DNA of 64,000 bases, taken from Paraphysomonas bandaiensis (taxonomy: Eukaryota > Protista > Chrysophyceae). The stretch is from positions 62,001 through 126,000 of the forward strand of contig CBFFRP010000219.1 of assembly GCA_965644295.1 (NCBI GenBank), given 5' to 3'. How positions within the stretch are numbered: the first letter of the stretch is position 1; the number at the start of each line of letters is the position of its first letter. The notes under the pieces were generated by a model. It had not been told where the DNA came from. It made no database searches and saw only the letters and a program-made list of their open reading frames with translations. A program made the position numbers and the translations under genes. Below, piece by piece: positions 46,501-59,764 of the stretch.

Positions 46501-49500
46501 TCAGCAGCGCCGCATGCTTTCCTCTTGCAAGACCCATTCCCTTTGCTTGCGATATCATAGACCGCAGATAGCTGAATTCTTTGTCCTGAAGAGCAGCTCG
46601 AATATTGGCCGCCAATTCATCTTGCTGTTTGAGGTCGCTATCATCCGCCTTCAAACAATAACTATCAAATCACAGTAATAAATAATTATATCACATGTGG
46701 CACCTGCTTTTTCTTAGTCAGGGAATCAACCAAAGTTTGAGCTGAAGAAAGTGTTTGAATTTCAACACTCATTCCGTCGAATGCCGATTCATTTCGAACA
46801 AGAGACATAACTTCCTCGGCCGCGCGAACCTCTCGAATAAGGTCATCTAATACTGCCACATCGACAGCTCTCTTTAACGCCTCTTCTGACTCCTTCACTT
46901 TCAAAAGTATGTCATGAACGTGAACAGCCCGTTGCATTAAAGTATCTGTACTCGACACGCCACAAGATTTAGCTTTGGTGATGGCTGATTGAAGAGACTC
47001 CACATGTGGGGTTTCAAGAGCCACTTCAAGCGCTTGCGTTCCACTTCGCTGTTCCTCCAACTCATGCTGGAACTTTTTTGCCTCGATAAACACAGCTCTG
47101 TTATCAAGACCCATTTCTGCAGCTTTAGCGATATATGCACTGAGGACTTGCAGGTTCTGTGCTGCCATGGCACTTTCAATATCATCCAACAAACTCATTT
47201 CATCCTGAATTCGATCTATCACCGCCTGCACACTTCGACAAGTATCTGAATTCAGTAAATCAAGACTTGTCGCTTTCTCCATCCACGCCTCAAGTTTATC
47301 GAGATCTTTCGACTGCATCAATGCAGCAGCACTACTGATATGTGCCTTCTCTTCTTTGACCCGTTCTACGAGGTCAGACGCTCTCTTCACAAGCGGACTG
47401 GACAAAGGAGGTGCCATATTGCGTGCAGTACGAAGCGCTCCCTCCAATGAGGCTAATTGTCGTTCCTGAATAGCTTCTTCTAACAATTTGTTAACTTTAC
47501 TTTCCTCCTTAAAACGACGAACCAAATCTTTCGCTTCTTTGACGACAGGAAGATGTACGCCCTCGTACGGCAAATCAACTGATTGTGCCACAGCGTCTTC
47601 AAGAGCAGCTGCATTTCTTTCCTGAACAGCTTTCTTTAGATTTAACAGCGTGGAATGCATAAGGGCGTATCTTCGTCTGCGAAGGTAGCCGCGAGCAATG
47701 CGCTGTACACGCTGCGCAACTTGGAAATAAGCTTGATCCCTGAGTGAATCCAGCGTAGAAGCCGCAGCATGTTTGAGAAATATTTTAGTGTTTCCCACCA
47801 CATACTGATCAGATGCAAGTTGGCCGTTTTTAGTGAGCAAATCCGCAAGAGTCTGTGCTGAGGTAGCAGCAGGCTGCAGGACGAGATATTGACGCATGAA
47901 CTTCTCGAATGGCATGCGATTGGGAAACCCCATTTGCCTTATTCGGCATACTTCCAGGAGCCCAGCGTACCGAAGTTGTGCAAGCATAACCTGGCTATTA
48001 TACTTGCGTCCCACCTTCTCCATGTTAGGTTTCATACATCGAACAAAATGTGGGTCCGTCTTATTTAAAGTGTCCATTAAAGTCGCCAATTGTTGCCGAA
48101 ATTGATTACCCAAAGTGTTGCGCTTGTTAAGTTTGCTCATTTGCGGACGACGCGACTTAAGTGGTTTTTCATCCTTTGGAGCTTGTGCCACGTCCCCTGA
48201 ACCTTGAAAAAGGGATGCAACAAATGGGAGCGTTGAATGCTTCCCTATATCTTCCAAATCTGATGAGAGCATATCCTTATTCTTTTCAAGGAACCCAGTC
48301 ACATTATAAGCTACCTCTCCAGCGTAATGTACAACCACAAAGCAATCCTGTACATTTTTATGTACTTTCGCTTTAGCACGATTGAGATTAGGGTGAGAAC
48401 TATGCTTCTGAAATATTTTACTCAATAAACTTTCATCCGATCCCCTAGGGACACTAATTTCTTCGTCGATCATAGAAAACAAACCGGTTGGTTTTACCTC
48501 AAGCAAATCAAGTGTGGCTTGATTGTCTTCAAACTGTACGGATACAAATTAGAAGGGCTAAAACAAGACTACGAAATTCAGACTTCAATGTCTCACAAAC
48601 GATATAACAGCACGCTAGCAACCCCCCCCCACAAAATACCGTATTCACCTACCTTTATCTGTGCGACAGAAACACCTTCTCGAGCATATTCCTCTTGTTC
48701 CATCATGAAAATATGGTTGTTGAAATGAAACTGAAGCTTTTCATTACAATAGTTAATGCACAGCTGCTCAAAGCTGTTGTGTTCAAACGCTTCAAACCCA
48801 AATATGTCAAGAACAGCAATAAATATATTGTTGTTATCAACACCGCCCTGTAGAAGATATAAGATATACTTGGGGCAAGCATTGTCATCGTCACCTCTCC
48901 CTCAAGAGTGTCGTTGATAGCTTTAATTAGCCAATCAAATAGATTAGCATACAGCTTCTTGGACAAGGCATCTCGTGCATCTAGTGCCTGGGATCATGAT
49001 AGGCAGGTTACAATATTGACGACATTACAAAATATCAACTTATCATTACCTGAGAGGGAGTATATGTACATGTTATAATGCTCCGAGTACCAATGTTCCG
49101 TGATGTAAGGCACCGTTGCAGCTCCTCCCTGTTGAACCCAAGGAGACTGCTCACCTTATCAATTTGACTTGGATCTTCGATTTTAGCAGCAACATCGCCA
49201 GATGTGTCTGTGGAATCAAATTCTGGCATATGCGTGTGAGATAATAGCCTACGAAGTCAGTGTATTATTACTCAACACTCACTTATATTGCCAATATGCA
49301 AAATTCCTGCAACCACTTTACTGACAGACATCTGCATCTCCTCAGTCATGCCCAACACCTACGTTTACACATCAACTAAGAGGAAGATTGTCAGAGTAGA
49401 TAGCCTCACCTCCATAGCCGACTGCACCTCGTTGTACTCCTCAAGGTCGCTTAGACCTTCTATGACATTGACTCCTGACTGTGAAACATAAAAGTGTTCG

Positions 49501-50558
49501 TCTTCCTCCGAGAACATGAGTTCTTTCGCTAAATCCTTGTTCACAGCAGCTGCAGCGACGAGCTGATAGAAATAGTGATAGTTGCGTTCACCCGACTGCT
49601 GGTGTACCACTCTACTCTTTTCAAGCAGATAGCTATCATGCAGCAATCAGTAGCGCATGCATAGTATATCCAACTCTTATACCTGATTATGCTAGCGCCC
49701 TTAATCGAGCCGTGGCTAAAGCGAATAGTAATAAGCTTTCCGAAACGAGAGCTGAAGGAATGTAAAATAAGTTTGTGCTGATTACAGGCATGGGAATGCA
49801 ACACCTATTATTATTGCGAACAGTTTTCGCATTACCAAAGGCCTCCATTACAGGGTTACATTGAAGAATCTGCTGTTGAATGCTATCCCCTTCCTGATTT
49901 GCCTTACCCGAAAGTTCCGCGAGAAATTCAAGCAGCAGTTTAGTGCTCTCTGTTTTACCAGCGCCCGACTCCCCGCTGATCACAACTGACTGTGATGTGC
50001 CATCACTCACCATTGCCTTGTAGGCATTATCGGCTATCGTAAATATGTGGGGGGGTAAAGTACTTTTGTCGACGGTAGAGCGGTATCGCTCTAGCGTTTC
50101 AACACCATATATAGGCAACTGGCGGAAGGGATTCACAGCTATTAAAATACTCGAAACAAATGTGTATATGGAATCAGCCTTAAATCGGATCCTCAAGTTG
50201 TGTAATAGGGCATTTTCTGAAAGGTTCGATAAGCCGATAAGATTTGAGACATTCTCATCTAGACACTGAGTATCCAGCTCCTGAAGATTCTGTAGGCTGG
50301 CTCCAGAGAGTTCTCTCACCTGAACAAAAAACGACGATCAGGAGCACATCAGAGCCATGAGTTGGCTGCCTATGAGAAGGCTCTCATACCGTTCCATTCT
50401 GTAGCTTGAATTTCCCGCTTTCTCCTGCCGATAGGGACACTACTTGAGCGGGTACCACATAGTCCTATAGGCGGTTATTAGCACTGCATATCACTGACAA
50501 TATATACGCTTACATCCTCGTCAGGAACCCAAACCCACGACCCGATTTCGATGGACAT
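43587..50558 (-). CDS. Unconventional myosin: SH3-like N-terminus, motor, IQ, helical-repeat stalk, MyTH4-FERM tail
   Basis: [18 protein letters not shown]|SRFG, YLLEKSR, LDIFGFE and [12 protein letters not shown] motif [11 protein letters not shown]. MyTH4 [12 protein letters not shown]. Many GT-AG introns. Confidence 0.95.
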
Positions 50559-51070
50559 ACTCGTGATATAATTCCTTTAAGATCTATCGTACTTCTGTGA
50601 ATGAATTCCTCACAATTTATAGCAGTGTGGATGTCGGATACTATCTGCGTGCAGTTCATATGGTGGATACAACAAAATACAACACCACCCGGCCCATAGT
50701 ATGGTATACGGTATAGTATGCTACTGTATGTACTCCTGTACCGGCAGAAACTAACCGACTTTTGCATTTTACAGATATATAGTACAACTCACAATAAATA
50801 TATAAAAACCGTGTTTTTATTGAATATATTATGTTGGTTGAGCAATATATCCCAGATATCTACGAGCAAGTTTGCAGGACATTGTCAGAATACGTGGAAT
50901 ACAACAGTAGTGTCGCAGGACTGTTAAACTGTTCCAACACGAGTATAACTCACACTCGCGAGGATACTGAACTTATCAGGCAGCAATACTGCTGCATCCA
51001 TCAACCTTATGAAGTAGTCCGTATAAGAGTAAAGAAGCAGTTACTGTGCGTTGATAGCAGTGCATGTGCT

Positions 51071-51520
51071 ATGACTAATCAGCCGAATGGGTTTATGAAG
51101 TCCCCTCGCAACAATACATTCACCAGAAAGCCTGTGGCCCGACGTCCTCCCCCCCCAGTACCCAATGAAACCAGTGCTACTGACAGCAAACCCCCGCCGC
51201 CTGTGACCAAACCCCCAGCCTTGACCACACCTAAACTCCCTCGTGTGACCCGCCCCCCCCCACTTCTACCTCCACCAAATGAGCCACCACCCCCTTTGTT
51301 TGTGCTACGTTCAATGTCGGATAACACATTGTTGAGGACAGCTCATAAGCCTCCTCCACCTAAAACAGATCCCCCGTATAAAAAAGGAAAAAAGAAAACA
51401 TCGTCGTATACAACTTCTAATTCTGACAAATATGATCCAATCATAGTGATTATGGCAAAGAGGAAGGACCTCGACTTGGACAATAACGATGAACTTGATA
51501 CTTCGGAGGATGAGAGCTAA
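51071..51520 (+). CDS. Small proline-rich protein with an acidic C-terminus
   Basis: Repeated polyproline blocks (RRPPPP, KPPPP, RPPPLLPPP, KPPPPK) and tail IMAKRKDLDLDNNDELDTSEDES. ATG 51071 is preferred over 50831, which overlaps the promoter palindrome. Confidence 0.6.
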   Translation: MTNQPNGFMKSPRNNTFTRKPVARRPPPPVPNETSATDSKPPPPVTKPPALTTPKLPRVTRPPPLLPPPNEPPPPLFVLRSMSDNTLLRTAHKPPPPKTDPPYKKGKKKTSSYTTSNSDKYDPIIVIMAKRKDLDLDNNDELDTSEDES

Positions 51521-51999
51521 GACTGTTGTCATTTCTCCAAGCACTCGTTATCTAGGACAGGGTACTGGATGTATACGTGAAATTCCTGCAGTTAACTTTT
51601 TCCATTGTATTGTCAACCTTTATATGAACTATACTAAAGGTCTAGCCGAATTTTGTAACCATTCCTTCTATGCACCAATTTTTTATGTAGAAAAGTTTCC
51701 TAGGTGATATTAATATATTAATTACTAAATTACAAGAAATATACTAATTTACTTGAACTCTCGAAGCTGATTGATCTATATTGAAAGTGTCTGCTGTAGT
51801 ATGATATCAGATATTTATTTATATATCAGGTAATAAAATATTTATATTTGCTTGCTACAATATATTGTTGACTGACCAGGAGTCATAATCAACTTTGTAT
51901 TGATGGTTGCCAGGCCTTGAACTATCTATCTAGTATAAAAATGCATATTACTCATGGAATTTAAGTACTCAATACGGCTCTCATTTATTATAAAATTAA

Positions 52000-53088
52000 C
52001 TACTTAATCTTCAAAATTATATTTCTGATAATATCTAACTCGTTATCATTCAATTTGGACCATGTTCCTTCCGACAACCCACTTAACCCTATACCTCCAA
52101 ATTGAATTCTATGAAGAATGTCTACTTCTAGACCAACATGAGCCGCCATGAGTCGTATCTGTCGGTTCCGTCCCTCTGTCAATTGTATCGATAATGTCCT
52201 ACAATTTGAGTTCTGTTAATGCATACCCTTAACAATCCGAAAAAATGTACCTAGGGCGGTCTGGGTATTTGCTAATCTGGCAAGACGCTGTGTGAGCTAT
52301 AAACGACCGCTTTTTCATACCAATGGCAGTGGATCGGTGGATCTTGGAGCGAATAGGCACCCCAGCAGCAAGAGCTGCCACTTGCTCGTCCGTCGGCTGT
52401 GTATTGAATGTCACCTGTACCAAAGAAATATCTGTAAGCGCTCCTCCACACGGTGTACGCGAATCACCTCGTATATCTTTTGGCATTCCCGATTAGGGTG
52501 TAGAAAGGCATCATTCACCCGAGAGTCGTTGGTCATAAGAATCAGTCCTGAGGAGTTCCTGTCCAGACGTCCAACTGAAAACACTCGGTGGCCAGTGCGT
52601 TCGAATTCTCCTGCGTCTATAATATTTGACGGATCGCCTGTACCATAGTGAGATATTGTGCTGGGTGTTTAGCCAACTACCTCGATCTGTCGTGCACGTT
52701 ACACCGACCGGTTTCCAATATTTCAAATACACTAACGTCGAGGTATTAGACTGCAATGACGGTTAGGTGGCATTACAAAGTATTAATAATGCAGCTACAC
52801 CAGTTGTGATGTTTGCTTTGAATGAACCATCTCGGCCCAATCAATTACTTTTCCATCCAGCTCTACAATATCACCCTCATAAACCATTTGCCCCAAAAAG
52901 GCTACACGAGAATTAACAGATATACGCCCGTCTGCAATTGCCTTATCAGCTTGTCTTCGCGATAGGGTGTATACACACTTATTTACACGAATTCCATTGA
53001 AGTTATGCGAGTAACGCAGCGATACCCCTACACGTAAAGTAGGGTATCGGAACATCCACTTCAAAGAGCCCCGATAGAAGTCAATCAT
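52000..53088 (-). CDS. RsuA/RluB/RluF-family pseudouridine synthase with S4 domain (likely organellar)
   Basis: SRRQADKAIADGRISVN, YWKPVGVTCTTD, VGRLDRNSSGLILMTND and LTEGRNRQIR. Confidence 0.9.
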
Positions 53089-53495
53089 CACTGATTAGTC
53101 AAGCAATATACAGTCAACTTATGCACCATATCTAGCAAGAAAGCTGGATATTCCCCATGAGAGATGACAGATTGATGTGATCGACCTCCTGGAGATCACC
53201 ACAGCACTCTTCATTGGCTGCTTATGTTAATGAACACATACATGCATGTCTGCTGCTGTCCACAGTACAACTGCATATAGCAAATACAGCAGCGTATTCC
53301 ATTGTCATGCAGGTGTTTGTATGTGCTGCCGTATAACGGTATACCTCTATAGGTATACCATCATATACACGAGCACAGTATGAGTAGCACAGCAGCAGCA
53401 GGAGGCGCAGTGATGGTTGCTCAACAATGCGGACTATACCAACAACTCCAGAGCGAGAGGAAATAATATAATTCTATTATTGTAATAGGGCTATC

Positions 53496-53742
53496 ATGGT
53501 TTTTGAGGGAAAGAACGCAAAATCTTGGCGAAAGCACCCCAAGATTTCCTTGGCTGGAAATATATCCCGCGCCTTCCCTGGAATGAAGATAGCAGTCGTC
53601 CTGTTTGCAGTGTACGTCACTGTCGATCAAACGAAAAAATATTTAACCTCCAGTATGTTTAATAATAGTGCTATTTTTGCTACGCGTTAATTTCGTTAAC
53701 GTAGGTTCTGCAAAGCATGGTGACAGCTCCGGGCATCATTAA
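53496..53742 (+). CDS. NDUFB3: Mitochondrial complex I subunit B12 (NDUFB3)
   Basis: Spliced (intron 53653-53704): MVFEGKNAKSWRKHP...RAFPGMKIAVVLFAVYV...KHGDSSGHH*. Confidence 0.75.
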
Positions 53743-55533
53743 TTGATTGAAGACGACAGACTAGAAGTATGGGCCCTCGCTCTCTAAGTGTCGACTTTGT
53801 AGAGACATAATATGTCTTTATAGATTTTATGAAGCTCGCACTCGAAACATATGTGTAACATTGAAAAAATACTAAGTAACTACAAGCTAATCTCCGTATC
53901 AATTGAACTGCATATGATTACACATTGTACATTTAAACAACACAGTGTCGTAGGTATATGCGTCATACTTTACACCTGCGATTTACCTCACAACGCTAGA
54001 TAATCCTACGTTTCTATTTCACTATATTGCTGTCTTTTATGGTAGAATATGTTGGACTTCTCAGTGGAATCTCTCTAGTCTCTAGCATAAAATAGAATCT
54101 ACGCATGTGTTTAATTGCTGACTAATAACACTGCCATATTGCAATAGTATTGTTGGGTCGGTTTAAAAACTTCATCAATATTATTGATGAGACACTAACT
54201 ATAGACTGCATCAATGAATGCAAATGTATTTTATGACACTTGCACTACGCGAGTATCATGAGCATAATGACACAGTATTCTATTCTGACTTAGTCAACAT
54301 TACTTTTTTACAACTCTACGGTAACGACATACTACTATAATATCAACGATTATTAATTACTGCAGTCTGCATCAGATCTGCATATATTTGTAAATTCTAT
54401 TTCCCCAATACTACAGATGCTATGAGTGCGACACTTACATACACTACTAGCTACTACAACTGAGACCTCATGTACTATATATAGTTTGTAAATTACGAAA
54501 AATATTAAATATCTATACTCTATACTGAATTGTTATCACGTGACTATCAACTTGTAGCTTCAAATTACCGTCGCTTTATATTTTCTCTTATCACATGGTA
54601 AACAGTGTAATCTACACATCAAAAGCTGTATCAGTAGTACTCATCATTGATTCAGCACCCTGAAAAGCGGCAGTAACTGATATTATATACTGAAAACCTG
54701 CAAGAGCCACATCACAGGGCCTAGAGTGTACCAAAATACGAAGTGATAAAGGCTTTACGATTGAATTCGATTGCGCCCGGCATCGCAATTGTTCAGCTGG
54801 TATTCCATTTCTCTTGCGCTTCTTCAAGTTTCGCATTTTCGCATTGAGACTGGGCATTTAAGTGTTCTAGTGCTCACTGTAATTCAACCCCACTGTCTCC
54901 GCCGAGATCGAATTCAAGCTACAGCTTACGAAAAGCAGATCCATAGCAGAATGCACCTGCTCGAAAGGAAGGTTTAGCGGCAAACATGATGCATACCGTA
55001 TGTTGCTTAAGCCAAAGAGAACAACTGGAATAACACAAAGTATTTCATAGCGATGATTCATAACATAATGAGTTTATTAGAGCACAAGGTATGCAGCAGA
55101 TAACACTATGCATGATCTGGGCGACTGGAGGATACGCTGAGCTGAGCATGTAGCAGCTGCTCCTGATGATCTTCTTTGTGTGGCGAGATGGTCACAGAAA
55201 TATGGTGCAAATCTGACAGACGTACTGCACTGTATACGGTATACCAGAATACTGTGTCTCTATGTACTGTACTGTACTGTACTGTACGTATGCAGTGGTA
55301 TACGAGTAGAAGTGGTCATAGACTAACTGGTTACATCCAGTTGATGACTATGAAAATATCATGCCATCTTTATTCACTCATACTACATTACAAGCAACAT
55401 CATATCCCCGTGAAGGCCATTCTATAGCACGCTCTTCTGGGTAATCATTGACTTCGAAGAGATATCATAGAAGTATCGCGCAAGTGTTTAACCATATAGA
55501 ATAGTGTGTAGTGTGACAGCATTTATTTATATT

Positions 55534-57660
55534 ATGAGTGAGGCGAAGCAGAAACAGCCCTCAAGGACGGATTGGCGGGTTGCCAATGATCCAAAGACAG
55601 GTAGATGGGTACGCCATAAATAAGAGCCGATGTGATGGAGTGATAACAGGCCGGGAGTATTATTACAATCAAAAGACAAAAGAAACAACATGGAATAAGG
55701 TAGGTATAGTTACCCTTCTTAGGAACTGTTTGATGGTGGTGTGGCCCTCTATATCTTTTATTATTCAGTATATATCAGAATGCTTATAAGTAGTGGTTGA
55801 ATATGCTTGGAATTTTGTGCACATGATGTATGTTTATTGACAACCTGTTGCTGAAGTTATGTGCCAACAGCCCTTGGATCTCGCCACGGATGAAGAGCGG
55901 GCAGAATTGGAGCGTAAGAAGAGGGAAACGCGGAAATTTTTTGATGAAATGGAGAGGAATATTCTGCGTAAAGCCGATCCAAATTATGTTCCGGTTGATT
56001 CATTTGACGACGAGGAGTTACTGGACTTTGACGAGCTGCCTGATGTAGCTCAAGATTTACCGGATAGTGGAGTATTGCGAAGGAGAGGATCAATAGGAGG
56101 AATCAGACTTGTTCGCACTATATCATCTATTGATGGTACGAAATTATAAGTGCTGCGTTGCATTGCTGAATACCGCATCACACCCTTTCATGTCGCCTCT
56201 ATATATATATTCTTTTTCGTGTATGTCACGGATAAAATGTCGCGTATTGGTTGATATAGTGTAATATATCCAGTACAAATTCATCTGGCCTAATGCTCGC
56301 TGTATTGTGTCATCTGCAGATGACATTGTAGAGATGATGAAACACCGTGGCGTGAGTGAGGAGTTTGAGAGAGTCACTGGCCGATTCCCGTCTCCCACTC
56401 GGCAATGCAAAGCTGAGAGCAAACCAAGTCGTGTGATGGAAGATATTCTCGATAAGGGCACTCCAGCAGAGGGAAAGACCAACAAGCCTATCATTAAGCG
56501 GCGAAACAGCACAGGAACTATATATATAGACACCACGATGAGTAAACAAGATAATAAAGCAACTATACGCTGTGTGTGTGCGGTAATACGTGCGCATATG
56601 GTTGAGGCGGAGATAGAGGGTATTGCGCCAAGGTATACTATCTATCATGCGTCATGGCATGTCATCAATGTACTTATGAGTATAGTGTATGCAACACGAT
56701 ATATATGTCATTATGACAAGTGAAACTAACACCTAATATGAATTCACAGGCGTCAGTTTGAAACGTTTAAAGATGAGGACTTTGAGATCGATGATAAGCG
56801 AGATGATTCCAAAGAAGAGAAAGCCGCCCGGAGACGGGTATATTTTACCCTTATGTATATGCTGCCGTGGTAGTGATGGAATTGTTTGATACTAGGTGCC
56901 TTCCCTTGAGCTAGTGGTGAAGTTCTTTGAAAATGCGTTCAATCGCAGCCAAATGGAATCAGAATGTATCATTATGACACTAATATATGTTGAACGCCTT
57001 GTTAAGGTTACCAAAGGAAGGTTCTGTATTCGCTACGACAATTGGCGTCCGGCCGTGTTCTCCTGTATGATCCTATCTTCCAAAGTATGGGATGACCTTT
57101 CCATGTGGAATGTCGATTTCTCCCAGATATCTCCGGCTTTTAACCTACAACGTATTAATGAGCTAGAGCTTGCGGTTTTAGATGCATTGGACTATGAGGT
57201 CAAGGTACCTGCGGGAGAGTATGCTAAATACTACTTCCATATCCGATCGATGATTGCTCGTCTCGGGTTTCATGACAAAAATGCGCCAGACTTTGGAAAC
57301 ACTGTTATGCCGCTGAACATTGAAGGTGCTAGACGATTGCAGCTGGCCACCGAGAACTACGAAGAGATGAAACTCAGCCAAGGGGAAAAGCGCGCCAGGT
57401 GCGCTTCGATACACGTCGAGACACCAGTCAAGGCAATGCTCTCTCGCATGCATTCCACAGGGGAAACCGTGTCAGATCTGCAAAAGAGAGTTACCGTGGG
57501 TAAGACTTGTGCTATGGTAGTCATTATGTTACTTTATACGTATATTGTAGGTCTAGAACAACTGACTCATATAACACACAATACGGGGGATGGTGGCTCT
57601 GCGATTGGCAAATTTAGAAGGACGTCCGACTTGTCTGCTGTGGCTGCGGCAAAGAAGTAA
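55534..57660 (+). CDS. WW-domain - cyclin-Y-like fusion protein
   Basis: Spliced N-terminus DWRVANDPKT|GREYYYNQKTKETTWNK|P. Later RRNSTGTI, ECIIMTLIYVERL, SKVWDDLSMWN and YAKYYFHIRS. Confidence 0.85.
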
Positions 57661-58166
57661 ATAGATAAAGAATTATAAAAGTAACGTAAGGGTCTAGACT
57701 TCTTCTTTGATATAGTGTTTCAGTTTTAAATAATGAAGTTCGTTGTATCGAAAAAGCGCCTTCGTTTTACTTAGTTCACTATTTTCAACTTGATTATATT
57801 TGTTGGAGAGAAAACTATTCAACTGGTCACATTTCGGTTACATGATGTAAAAATATGAATTAAGCTCTGATGTCTGATGTAATAGGTAATAGGGCTGAGA
57901 GTTAATGATGCGAAATAGGAAAATAACTTAGCAGCAAAATGTAAGTCTGACACGAAGGAATTAAAAATTAAATACAGCTAGCAATATATGACTATATATT
58001 TCAGGGTTGTGAAGCAGGTATTTGGTATTTCAATGAACTATAATAATGGTTGAACTTGGTGAGGAAATAAATAGTAACAAGTCATAGATTACAGCACACT
58101 ATTACTCTACAAATTACAATATTGCTATCAAAGAACACATGACATGGGCTCACAGCTTTCCATCGA

Positions 58167-59563
58167 CTACGCATTATGAGACCTACAACCTGTGACATTA
58201 GTACTAAATATTTCATAGCCTAATAACATATTCAGTCGCTCATTATATGGTCTGAAATAACACTCTAATTCTTGACTAAGCTCAGGAGGAAGGGAAGTCT
58301 TTTGCTTGTTCGTAGTGGACAAATAGTTTTTGTTAAGAAAGCTCAGATCATCATATGAGTTGAATCCTCTGGGGCCTACCAATTGCTGTCCCAAGAATGA
58401 AATCAATCGTTCGTAATGCTTCAGAGGATTCTCCATCCAATCTTCGTAGCTGATAATGATGAACTGGTCTCGACGAAAATTCTGAAGCCACCGGTCGAGT
58501 TGATCCACATAAATGCTTTTATCTATATGTCGGAGGCCAAGCTTTCCGCTTCGGAATTCTTTTCCGAAACAATTTTGCAATATGTAAAAATTTGACCTGC
58601 GCTCTGTAGGTGTCAGGAGGCGGTGCTTCTTGTAAGGAATGTAAGGAGAGGCGGCCATGCACTCTTCGTAATTTTTCCTATCAAATAGAGTTTCTGTTAG
58701 TTAGTTGCGCCTTTATCAAAAATAGACAAAGTAAAAATGGCGACGCAATTTAAAAAAGGTATACACATATGTGGAAACAGCCCAGTAGATGATTACTATA
58801 ACCTTATGCGCTTCTCCTCCATAAAATCCTTCTTAAAGTTTTCGATACTACCTTTGTCCTTGCCGATAAATCTCTCACTATTCTTGAACCAATAAGAAGA
58901 TAACGCCCTCTGCACAGGGTTTCGAAGGAGCAGCACAAACTTCATCTTACTGTGATGAGGATAGAAGTCTCGAACATCGTATGGTACGCTAGGAGCATAA
59001 ATGTAATGTGGAGTGTAATGAATAACAGTTGCATTGGTGCTGTCCATTAGCGGTGCCGATGCCCATTCAAAAGCAAGACTCAGCTTTAATACATAAATCA
59101 AGCTCACCTTCGTCAAAATGACATTTAAAATAACTTACCGATTTCGCATAATACGGATACCACGCATTGTCAAAGCGATGTACCTCGTTAAAACGATCTC
59201 GTTTGATTACTCTCCTTCTAATATGATCTATGTTTGGGTGGAACCGTAGGTACTGAAAAGCTGAAGTAGTCCCAGACTTTGATGCACCAATAAGCATAGC
59301 GTTAGGAAGACATAAATACTTCGTAGAGTTCCACTGGCGACATCTGGAAGATATCTTTGGCTTAAATAATGCTTCATTTGTGGCTATAAGCTCCTCGGGC
59401 CTCTATACACGGCATTATACACTCATACAATGGTATTTTATCATACCGCAAGATTGGGAGCGAACCACAGATAATAGAAGAGGCCGCTGAGGCACATGCA
59501 CACCGTGAACACCCTCACAAACCACCTCCACATAGAGGGGACATAAACCCTCCCGTTAACCAT
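58167..59563 (-). CDS. Type II membrane sulfotransferase (heparan-sulfate O-sulfotransferase-like)
   Basis: N-terminal TM helix, 5'-PSB motif LIGASKSGTTS, 3'-PB motif LLRNPVQRALS, and YFRPYNERL. Confidence 0.9.
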
Positions 59564-59670
59564 AGCCGATATACAAGCACAGGAATGGAAGAGTGCTCAG
59601 TGGCTAAGAGGCATCACCTTCAGATTTATAACCTCTATACAGACATATACAACAGTATGGAGTACAGAAC

Positions 59671-59764
59671 CTACATACCTACCTACCAACATACGTACCT
59701 ACCTACCTACCTACCTACCTACCTACCTACCTACCTACATACATACATACATACATACATACAT
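59671..59764. repeat. Compound (TACC)n/(TACA)n microsatellite
   Basis: Directly visible tetranucleotide runs. Confidence 0.95.

Noticed and set aside
54612-55061. Small minus-strand gene head-to-head with the WW-cyclin
   Set aside because: Short ORFs and possible splice sites exist, but no consistent model or domain could be built.
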